Source: Perkinsela sp. CCAP 1560/9
Taxonomy: Eukaryota; Protista; Euglenozoa: Kinetoplastea
Reading direction: 5' to 3'
DNA length: 64,000 bases
Assembly (NCBI GenBank): GCA_965644495.1
Contig: CBFFSA010000002.1
Span: forward strand, 992,001-1,056,000
The notes under the pieces: model-generated
Seen by the model: only the letters and a program-made list of their open reading frames with translations
What the model was told of the DNA's origin: nothing
Databases searched by the model: none
Program-made: the position numbers and the translations under genes
Part shown: in pieces, positions 55,069 through 64,000 of the stretch
How the letters are laid out: the number at the start of each line of letters is the position of its first letter
Numbering within the stretch: position 1 is the stretch's first letter

Positions 55069-55828
55069 GGGAAAGAATGATGTTCAAGTCATCAGGAGGT
55101 AAAAACCATGCGTTGTTGATGCGAGAAAACAAGATTTCGGGAAAATAGCACGTGGTATTATTAACGAGGGTATTACAAAGGGGGGATCCATGTATTATTC
55201 ACAAACATTTCGTCGGTTGTTGTGAATACCGTAGACTCCCCAGCATGGCACCCCCCATCAAAAGATTTAGCCCTTTTTGGGATGACCCCCAGTAAGAGAA
55301 ATTTGGCTCGGGAGCCCCACAGGAGGCGTATAGAGAGTAGGTGGTGGGTCCACACATCGGGGCCCTCGAGGGTAACCAAATATGCGTTTTAACGCGTTTT
55401 TAGAACAAATACAATATTAGTCGCTTCGTTAAACGCGGTGGTTGTTTTCAACTGAAGTGAAGTGAGAAGGCACCATTGCTGCGCGGTTCGCGTTGAAAAT
55501 TACGGTGAAAGGGAACCGCTTTCCGCTATTTTTTTTGAAAAAGAGTCATAATTATTTTAAAGAGTGTTTTTGAGTCATTTTGAGGCAAATACATCACTTT
55601 ATCTGATGCTTTTCCACTTTTTGGGCTACTTTGGACATGAATTGTCGGCAGTGTACTGATTTTTCTTGCACCGACAACTGGTCATACACAGTTTTGACAA
55701 CGGCAAGCGAAAGGTACATTATTCAATGACTAGAGAGAAGCATGGTCGTGAGAATCCAGAATTTAATGTAACATGGCAAACCGCGACGACTGAGCACGAC
55801 CCTCTTATTCACCTCGTTAAACTCAGTA

Positions 55829-56869
55829 AACGGGGGTCCGGTTTAGCACAGGTATGGCACAGGTATGGTAGCCGGTCACAGGTATGGTAACCCGGGGTGC
55901 GGATTAATATCCAAACACGGATTTGGATATTAAAGTGCTATTTGGATATTAAAGTGCAAAAAATTCTATTTGGATATTAAAGCGCAAGCATTTTAATATC
56001 CAAATGAAGTATGGCGGGGCTCCGGTTGGTGGGGAAGGTGCTGATTGGTAGAGCTGCGAAGGAGACGTAGTGTAAGATGCAGTGTTAGAATACACGTGGA
56101 AAATCACTTTTCTAGAACCTAGGCTAAAGTGGACATGCTCCCTAGGACTCCTTGCAGCTTCCCACGCGAGGAAGTCGTCGTCGCCGGCGGTATACAGGTA
56201 TATCAGGCTCCAAACTCTCAAAAAACGGTCTAGACTAGAAGATTGCTATGATCACCCTGGTGGGGAGGGGGTGGGGGAAGGGGGTTTATACGTCTTCGTA
56301 AACTGTTTTTTCGAAAACTCACCTGAAACGATATCTGGCATGAAGTCGGGCCACATATCGGGTGACAAATCTTCAGAATGGCGCTTCAAGCATTCGGATG
56401 CGACAGTTTCCATGGTGTGATTTTGAAGTAAAAAAACCTATTTGGATATTAAAGTTCTATTTGGATATTAAAGTGCTTATTTGGATATTAAAGTGCCTAT
56501 TTATATATTAAAGTGCCTATTTGGATTTTAAAGTGCTATTTGGATATTAAAGCGCATTTGGATATTAAACCGCACCACGGGTTGAGTTGTTTGGCTAAAT
56601 TTGTAAAAAAGTGATTACCAGGAAAATATGCTAATATTACCACTTGTAAAAGTCATAGAATTCAAAAAAAATGCGATAAATAGTAAAGAAAACAAACGAA
56701 TAATGCTCTGTAGGGTTATGATTTACGTGGGCCACCTCGAACAAGAAGTCGACATCACATGTTGTCTGCCTGAAAAACCAGGAGGGGGTATGCTATCGAC
56801 ACTGGGTCACGATACCATACCCCCTCGGTATGTTACCAGGTCACAGGTATGCTAAACCGGACCCCCGTC
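55829..56869. mobile_element. AAC-type TIR element with TA flanks
   Basis: TA|AACGGGGGTCCGGTTTAGCA ... TGCTAAACCGGACCCCCGTC|TA. Confidence 0.82.
55890..56582. mobile_element. ACC-type TIR element with TTTGGATATTAAAGTGC arrays
   Basis: ACCCGGGGTGCGGATTAATATCCAAA ... TTTGGATATTAAACCGCACCACGGGT. Confidence 0.8.
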
Positions 56870-57209
56870 TAGTAGTTTTCAAAGCGAATCGCGCAGCAGT
56901 GGTGTCTTCTAATTTGAGAAGAACCACCGAGTTTAACGAAGCGCCTAATATTATATTCGTTCTTATATTTGTTAAAACGCTTATTTCGGTTACCACCAAG
57001 GCCCCTGAATACTTTTGGTTAAGGCATTTATAGAAACTAATGAAGGGGGGAGTATTATTTTTACTTAATTCACGTCATTGCGCTACAAAGAACAGGAGAC
57101 CCTGGAGATAATTTTCCATCGTGACAAAGGGTCATTTGCAGACTCTCCATCGTTGAGAAAAAGCTTCTGTAAACATTTTAGTAAAATGGTTAGTATCTTG
57201 TTCTCTTGC

Positions 57210-58160
57210 CTACATTAACGCACAACTCGAGTCATCCTCGCCTACTCCTCGAAACCATGATGGTAGCTTTCCGGAGGGCAAATGGCCCTCAATCCGGTTT
57301 CCCTGCATAGACATCCCGGTGATCTGTGAGCCTACCGGAGGGGCCTCCCTCCACAAGGCGTGGGATTGAATCTCTCCCAGATCCGCCACCCCGGAAAAGT
57401 GATTATGTGATAAATCCAACGTGTGGAGAGCAGGCGGGAGGCGACGCAGCACAACGTGCCCCGTTAACCCGTTGTGGGAAAGACTCAGAGAGAGTAACGA
57501 CGGGGGGAGGGCTGTGAGGTCCACGTCCCCATCGAACGCATTATGGGAAAGGTCCAACAACGCTAATCGAGAAGGGAGGCACCGAAGTTCGAGATTTTCC
57601 GAAAAGCGGTTGTGGGGTAAGGAGAGACACTCAAGCACGGGGCTTAGTTCGTGGAGAGAGAGAGGACCGGAGAACTGGTTGTGACCTAGTTTTAACTCTC
57701 GAAGAGAAGATGGGAGAGCACTGAGGTCAAGGTTCCCGGACATTGCGTTGCTCATTGCACATAACACACGGAGAGATGAGGGGAGGGCGTGTAAGGGGAG
57801 AGTTCCGGTCAGGGCATCACAGTCGCTGATCTCGACGTACGTAATGGTACAGGGAAGAAACTCCCAGTTGAGAGGCCCGTATAAGTTAGAGGCTCGAGAA
57901 AACAGGTTGAGTTCTATAACGCGGCCCATCGAATCGCAAAATACACCTTCCCAATTGCATGGTGCACGCGACTCTATGGAAGAAGATTCGCTATTGCTTA
58001 GCGCCCAGCTCTGTGGACGAGTGGATAGACTGTCCGTAAAACGAAGTAGGAGCTCTTCGGGAGGAATAAGCACAGAGCGAGCCTTACCAAGACGAGAGGC
58101 AGAGGCGGATGTGTCGGAAAAGTACGCCGTATGGTGGAGGAAAAGGCAGAAAATGTTCAT
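57210..58160 (-). CDS. leucine-rich repeat protein
   Basis: GKARSVLIPPE, the PCNWEGVFC cap and LPSSL repeats. Confidence 0.88.
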   Translation of the reverse strand: MNIFCLFLHHTAYFSDTSASASRLGKARSVLIPPEELLLRFTDSLSTRPQSWALSNSESSSIESRAPCNWEGVFCDSMGRVIELNLFSRASNLYGPLNWEFLPCTITYVEISDCDALTGTLPLHALPSSLRVLCAMSNAMSGNLDLSALPSSLRELKLGHNQFSGPLSLHELSPVLECLSLPHNRFSENLELRCLPSRLALLDLSHNAFDGDVDLTALPPSLLSLSLSHNGLTGHVVLRRLPPALHTLDLSHNHFSGVADLGEIQSHALWREAPPVGSQITGMSMQGNRIEGHLPSGKLPSWFRGVGEDDSSCALM

Positions 58161-58494
58161 CTAGTGAGGAAATAATAAATTTTGAAAATTGACGGAATAC
58201 GGTGTTCCATGCTTGTAGAGAATATTGTTTCTTATTTACTTGTGCACAGAAATAACGCTTTCTGCGCATTTCTTTAGAATTGGAGATTATTTACAACTTC
58301 TGAAATTGTTTAACTTCGACATAGCCGTCCTTGTACTACACGTACATACGACGGACGCTCGTTAAATAATGGATTATGACGTTACAAACCCTGTATTTTA
58401 GGGAAGAGCGCACCAATTTTGTCGCAAAAGAATGAAAAACGCAGTGGGAATGCAAATACATGCGAAAAAAGACACATGTACCAGAAAAAGTCGT

Positions 58495-59340
58495 TCACTC
58501 GTTACGCACCGACGTTTCCTTTATAAGTGTGTTGTGAAACTCGAATTCGATAAGAGAAGGCATCAACGCCCCATCAAAGTTCCCGACAAGATCTTTGTTA
58601 TTTGAGACACTCAAGTCTATCAGCGTGTTCGATAATGAGTAAAAACCCGCTATGCTTTCCAGGCGATTCATGCTCAGATCAAGTGACACAAGAGATGAAG
58701 GAAGGTAACCTAAGTCTATATCACCCGAAAAAGCATTTTCTCTTAGGATGAGCTCTGTCACTGACTGTGGCAAGGAGGTCAGATTAAGTGACCCAAAAAG
58801 CCTATTTCTATCAACTGCAAACACGCTTATGCTTTTGGGAAGAGCACTCAAGTTCAGAGTACCATGGAAAGAGTTTGTCCACAAGTAGACTTCACTCAGA
58901 GTATCCGGCATACCCTCCACATCTAGTGGACCGCTGAGCATGTTTGATCCCAAATGCAGATGTGTAAGTTTATCAGGGAGGCAACTAAAAGGCACCTCAC
59001 CTGTCAAAAGATTTTTGTATATAATCAGACGAGTCACCGATTGAGGTAAATGTTTCCAATTTGGAGTTCCTTGAAGGAGACGTCGCTTCCACTCAATGTG
59101 TGTGACATCATAGGGCCTAGTTTTATTTTTACACCGAATTCCAGACCATTCGCAAGCCGGAATCTTTGTAGTCCAAGTAGAGTGGGTATCCTTTAAGCCC
59201 TCTAAAAATTGAGAGAGTTGAAATTCCGGAGGCAGGGATGCTCCCCGAACTTTTCCGCTACGAGTTCTGTAGCCTTCAGTAGCAGAACCAGGTGCATTTG
59301 CGTCACTTGAATGCGTTTGCCTAGTTTGGTTTTCGGACAT
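58495..59340 (-). CDS. leucine-rich repeat protein
   Basis: GKVRGASLPPEF, the WTTKIPACEWSGIRC cap and LRRs. Confidence 0.88.
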   Translation of the reverse strand: MSENQTRQTHSSDANAPGSATEGYRTRSGKVRGASLPPEFQLSQFLEGLKDTHSTWTTKIPACEWSGIRCKNKTRPYDVTHIEWKRRLLQGTPNWKHLPQSVTRLIIYKNLLTGEVPFSCLPDKLTHLHLGSNMLSGPLDVEGMPDTLSEVYLWTNSFHGTLNLSALPKSISVFAVDRNRLFGSLNLTSLPQSVTELILRENAFSGDIDLGYLPSSLVSLDLSMNRLESIAGFYSLSNTLIDLSVSNNKDLVGNFDGALMPSLIEFEFHNTLIKETSVRNE

Positions 59341-59571
59341 GTGCTATGAAATAGATTTTGAAGCAGATATTGTGCGAGTACCGTAACAATCGTAAAAAGG
59401 GGCGTCTTCTCATGTCAAACGATACACGAAAAAATGCTAAACCACCGTCCAGGTTATTACTCCCCCTCCGATTAAATTTGATAATGATAACTGATAAATC
59501 GGTTAAAGTAAAGGAAAATTCGCCTTTTTTGAAAAAAGTGGTACGTCGGTAGAGCAAATCAAGAATGCTTA

Positions 59572-60830
59572 CACCCCCGCTAAAAAAGTTTTGTAATTTA
59601 TTAGTATCGACCTCGAATTTTTGGTCGATACTAATAAATACAATACTTTTTGTCGATTTCCACGAGTTGCCACTGGCCTCCAAAAAGTTGGACATTATCA
59701 TATCGGACCTGTGTAAACGTATAGTGAAGCATAAAAATAGGAGAGAAATCATTCAGCTTCCCTCGAGATGATCAAGTGGCCGCGTACATCAGAACTCATT
59801 ATGCTAATTTCCTGTAATTTCGAAAAAGAAACAACTAAAATTCAGGTCAAAACTCAAAAAAATGGTCGATACTAATACTGTGCCCCCCCCCCACGTACAG
59901 CATGTATAGTGCCGCTGTTTTCGACCAAACGGCATTATAAGTGGGGGGGAGTAGTATGTTTCAGGTCGAGAGTGAAAAAATTTCCACCCACAAAAAAAAA
60001 AGCGCGCCGCTTCGCGGCGCAATTCTTTCTATCATGTGTTACCATTAATTTCTTGGAGCAATTTAAGGTGCACTTTCCATAAAATTGCCTTTCGCTCTTT
60101 GTTAAAGCTTCTCTGGCGCTTTCTTCCTTTGAGACCGCGATTGATGCATGATCGATAAATTGTATCGAGCGGTGCCTCTTTTTATTAAAAAGAGGCACCG
60201 TTGCTTCGGACAGTTCCTAAATTGATCCGATACGTTTCGCTCAGCCGTTTTGTTTCCAATTCGCTTAGACACACATTCAACTTATCTTGCATAGTCAAGC
60301 ACACTCTAGAGGTCCTAGGTGTGCTGATGGGAAGAGAATCAAATGTGTTGGGGGGAGGACGGGTGGCCAACAGGGACCTATTCTCGGCACTGGTGGAATA
60401 ACCGTAAACCAGCGTTCCAAGGACCTGAAATCGCCGATCCACAAGAGTGCGCTTTGTCTGGCGCCTCGTTTTCGTGAGAATCAACAGTCATTAAATGGAT
60501 GAAGGGAACTACGCCGCGTACACTATACGCAGTCCAATGCCCTGCATGGAAGGGCCACGAGTGTGCGCTTTGTCCGGCGCCTCATTTTCGTGAGAACCAG
60601 CAGTCACTAAATGGATGAAGGGAACTAATAATAATGTCTCAATGATTTCCACAAATGAAAATATTAGAAATTTACACCAGATTTACTCTACCTTTTTGGT
60701 CAAAAAAAATTGGTCGATTTTTTTCGGGCATTTTTTTTCAAAACGGTACTATAAGTGGGGGGGGGGGCACAGTAAATACAATACTTTTTGTGTCGACCAT
60801 TTTTGTGAACAATACTTTTTGGCGGGGGTG
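59572..60830. mobile_element. CACCCCCGC-TIR element with TA flanks
   Basis: TA|CACCCCCGCTAAAAAAG ... CTTTTTGGCGGGGGTG|TA. Confidence 0.82.
59878..60772. mobile_element. CTGTG-family element, TA TSD shown by an empty site
   Basis: GATACTAA-TA|CTGTG...CACAG|TA-AATACAAT vs the empty inverted site at ~51926-51943. Confidence 0.88.
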
Positions 60831-61060
60831 TATATTGTTTTCGTAAGTAAAAAATCGTCACGATTTTGCACTTTTATTACTTACTCGACTTTCTTTCTTG
60901 GACTCTTAGATATGAACACAATCACAAAAGTCATTCCCATTCCCGACGGAGACAATGGTGGGCTTAGTGGAGTCATAAGGAAATAAAGAGCTTAATTTTT
61001 ACAGAACATACAGTGTATGCAGTACTGAGTTATACAATGAGATGGTACAAGTGGTATGTA

Positions 61061-61704
61061 AACCCCCTGTACAGTTATTATTCCACTTTTTTTAGTGGAA
61101 TAGTTTTAGTAGTTTTCGGTCGGCATGGGTACCATCAACAACAAGGAAGTGCCAGGGAAGACAGCGTGGAGGTCCCAACCTTGATTCCCCAGTTTGAGGG
61201 TGTCAAAAACTTTCTACGAAAATTGCATTTACAGAAACGGTTCCTGTATCGTTTGAGTAGTTTTCCACTCTTCTCTGCCAGTATACGCAGCGATTATGAC
61301 AAGAGCACATTATAAATTTGCTCTTCTACTCAAGATAGTTCGACGATACGTTATAAAAGTCGAAAGAGGCCAAGATCATATTGTTACTATTTTCCTCTTC
61401 AAATTCTTCGTCTTCTTTCTTTTGTTCTCCATGCACCCGTTGTGCGGAACAGTTTCAATATCAACACCCTTTTCACTTGAACAAGAACATTCGACGTCAT
61501 CGTCACTCAATTCAACTATTCCCATTCCGTGTCCTCGACGTTCGCCTCGACAACCTCCGAAGCATAAATAGAGAAAATTCTTCGAATATCCAAGGACAGC
61601 GTTGAGTGGGGACTCCATTTTGAATGTTGGAATAATAAAAAAAGTGGGATAATAAGTGGAAATTGGAATACTAAAAAAGTGGAATAATAACTGTACAGGG
61701 GGTT
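61061..61704. mobile_element. AACC-family element with perfect ~32-bp TIRs and TA flanks
   Basis: AACCCCCTGTACAGTTATTATTCCACTTTTTT at both ends. Confidence 0.92.
61118..61190 (-). ncRNA. HDV-like ribozyme candidate (degenerate P4 and J4/2)
   Basis: Reverse complement reads GGGGAA TCAA GGTTGG GAC CTCCACGCT GTC TTCCCT GG CAC ... GATGGTA CCCA TGCCGACC. Confidence 0.6.
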
Positions 61705-61777
61705 TAAGAAGTTTCTTTTATTGAGGACTAAGAAGAAAATAATAAAGATTATAAACAACACAATTTGCAACACAATT

Positions 61778-62791
61778 TCATACGATTGTTTCAGGACCAA
61801 TGCTAAGGGATTCGATAACAGAAAAATAGAATCTCTGGCTTCGTCGCATAAACAATTCAATCAGGTTGTCCTTATCTGTAGGTTCGCTTAACTTAAAAGT
61901 AGGTTTAAATTTTCTTTCTCTACTGCCCTCTAATAATGCATCAACTGTTGGTGCACTTCGACAGAAATCATATTGCGAGGTAATATTTGTGAAGCACACT
62001 TCCTGCTGAAACTCAATAAAAAGATTTGCCTCATTCACCCAGGAAAAGGTTGTACTATCCAAAGTTTCGACTTCTACAGACTTCGTTGAATTGGAAGGCG
62101 AAAGGGCACATGAGTCTTTATCCTGTGCACTGGTAGAGATACAAGAGGGCTTTACCGCGCTAGCATCCACCTTTTCTACGAACTTTGTTGACACCAAACA
62201 CAAACTTTCCTTTGTGTTTCGTACTGCATGCAGTCGCCCATTGTATTGGGCTAAACTGTATGGTAGACTCGTGTGTATCAGCAAAAATTTTGGTCTCGAA
62301 CCCTCATAGGAGGAAAGCAAGGGAAGAACGGAATCCGTGCAAACGAGACACTTCACTTTTTGGGAGAAAAACGCGTTAATGTTTCGGGATAGCTTTTCCT
62401 TTGGCAAGTCAAAGTGACCTAATGTGTGTGTACGCCTCGATGGTGCGCTTTCGTCCTTATCCCTCGGTTCTCCATTTCGGTTTGCCCACTTAACATGTGA
62501 TCGACGCATGCATAAAGTGCGTAGCTGGCGACCGATGGCTTCACACTCCAAAGAGGTTCTACAAAATAGAAGAAGACTTTCGCCAAGCGACTGTGCTTGT
62601 ACGATGTGAAGCAAAAGTTTTAGACGGACGCATTTTATTCCATAGGAGTCTAGCTCCCGCCCACGTAAGCTCCCATGACGGAACGCATCGATGTGGCAGG
62701 CATCGATGTCGGGTGAGTAATTTAAAGGAGACCACCAGTCTACTGTGTATGGGGCATACGGATCTATCTCAATGAATGTGTGAAGTGTCAT
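61778..62791 (-). CDS. degenerate DEAD-box helicase C-terminal (RecA2) domain, DDX1-like
   Basis: LLFCRTSLECE, F..QKVKCLVCTD and TSLP..LAQY.GRL; motifs V and VI are eroded. Confidence 0.55.
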   Translation of the reverse strand: MTLHTFIEIDPYAPYTVDWWSPLNYSPDIDACHIDAFRHGSLRGRELDSYGIKCVRLKLLLHIVQAQSLGESLLLFCRTSLECEAIGRQLRTLCMRRSHVKWANRNGEPRDKDESAPSRRTHTLGHFDLPKEKLSRNINAFFSQKVKCLVCTDSVLPLLSSYEGSRPKFLLIHTSLPYSLAQYNGRLHAVRNTKESLCLVSTKFVEKVDASAVKPSCISTSAQDKDSCALSPSNSTKSVEVETLDSTTFSWVNEANLFIEFQQEVCFTNITSQYDFCRSAPTVDALLEGSRERKFKPTFKLSEPTDKDNLIELFMRRSQRFYFSVIESLSIGPETIV

Positions 62792-62989
62792 TGCGCTACA
62801 GGATAATATTCAAATGAATCATGTAAACAGAACGTTTCAGTGGTGCAAATCGGCATGCGGTGCTTCATACCAGTAAGTGTGAAACCGTAATGGATAGTAT
62901 TTTATGTGAAAAGAATAAAGAACAAAAAAATGAATTTTTAGATTCCACGTGACCCTTTCGATACTGCGATTTTGCTACGATCAATAATA

Positions 62990-63930
62990 GAGGGGCTGCG
63001 AGTGAAACCTCGTCGAACTTCGTGAAACTTCGGAACCTCGATGAAACCCTCGGTGAAACCTCGCCATAGGACCTTCTGCAAGTCCGCCTTTTTAGAAGTT
63101 TCTATGGGTAACACTGGGTAGCACAGGTTGCACCGGGTAAATTATTAATCAATATTTTTGAAATTAGTACTCTTTGAGATTTCTGAATGCAAAAGAATAA
63201 AAAATAATTTTTCAATCAAACTCCTTAACATGATTTCCTCCTGTATGGCTATGTCTGGGCAAGATTCTCTTCCGCAGCTTTACTGTACGGAATGTGGAAA
63301 GAAAACGTTTTTTTCGGTGTTGGCTCCTAGGCGTTGTCTCGTGTGTCAAGCAACAGAAGACGCAGCATCTACCATTGTGGATGTGGAGACATACCTGCGC
63401 TGTAGTTACAAAAACGTGCCCGTCACCGCCAACATACATGTATGTCCCGTAAGTACCGCTCCGAAAAATATTGAAGAGATATCCCGCGCATTCAAGGAAA
63501 CGCTGAGTGCCGTGGGTGTCAATGTGGAAAGCGCACAACGGGTTTGCTGCACATACAGCAAATACTGGTTGTGCATGAAACAGCTGACTTCCGATGATGT
63601 AGCTCGGATTCTTTGGCAAGTAGCTACGTACCGCGGGATGCCTGCATTCGCGCATCACGTTTCGTCGCGCTTTATCATTTCAAAACGGCTCTTCATCCTG
63701 ACGACTACCTCAAAAAATACCTAGATCGAGCCCACTATTTTCGACTATTGGCGCCAACCTCCAGGTACTGTCTTCATCCCCGCCACTGCAGAGGTGGTGG
63801 TCGAGAGGCCACCACCAGTGACCTTGCAAAAGTCTTCTCTGGGTAACACTGGGTAGCACAGGTTGCACTGGGTAGCACAGCGTACACAAGATCACACTGG
63901 GTAACTGCAGAATCTCCATAGCAGCCCCGC
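62990..63930. mobile_element. mini GAG-TIR element with a 4-bp TSD (AATA), split by a nested element
   Basis: AATA|GAGGGGCTGC ... GCAGCCCCGC|AATA with TGAAACCTCG-like 10-bp repeats. Confidence 0.75.
63069..63917 (+). mobile_element. deletion derivative of the 46611-50890 Harbinger-like element, TSD ATA
   Basis: ATA|GGACCTTCTGCAAGT ... ACTGCAGAATCTCC|ATA; retains the 5' part of the Cys-rich ORF. Confidence 0.9.
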
Positions 63931-64000
63931 AATAGAAAACGGCCATTGCTTGGAATTAAAACGATCAAGAAAATATGAATTCTCAACTAGTTAAAGGTGT

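Larger units (their letters stand above)
55359..57005. mobile_element. element with ~140-bp imperfect TIRs (GGGGCC ends) containing two nested elements
   Basis: 55359-55503 aligns with the reverse complement of 56872-57005. A related arm is at ~45120-45195. No TSD resolved. Confidence 0.7.

Noticed and set aside
55737-55801. Fourth HDV-like copy (GGTCGTG...CTGAGCACGACC)
   Set aside because: A P2-like pairing exists, but there is no P1 complement and no L3 consensus.

Overview
This is a eukaryotic window, most likely kinetoplastid and Perkinsela-like. The host genes appear intronless and essentially all lie on the minus strand as one polycistronic-type cluster, and TCTP, CALM and AsnRS carry kinetoplastid-type signatures. 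Host genes include a DnaJ-like protein, PNO1, TCTP, CALM/ANTH, COX10, IMP3, Sec61alpha, AsnRS, RRF, PRP31-like, MPP6-like and DDX1-like genes, a class I DAHP synthase, and a dispersed LRR family (6 genes plus 1 pseudogene). Intergenic space is filled with nested cut-and-paste DNA transposons: pogo/Tc1-like TA-TSD families with CAGTG, CTGTG, AACC, CACCC and CTCCTC ends, a hAT-like element with an 8-bp TSD, and PIF/Harbinger-type DDE elements with 3- and 4-bp TSDs. Several insertions are confirmed by empty paralogous sites inside the window. The top finding is three homologous HDV-like self-cleaving ribozyme candidates, with compensatory base changes, in three different TIR DNA-transposon families, each pointing toward the nearest element end. 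Also notable are a GNA-triloop DNA hairpin about 100-135 nt inside the ends of several families, an intact DDE_Tnp_4-type transposase inside a 4-bp-TSD element, and recurrent C-rich to G-rich skew flips within genes. All family assignments are by motif recognition; no database searches were run.
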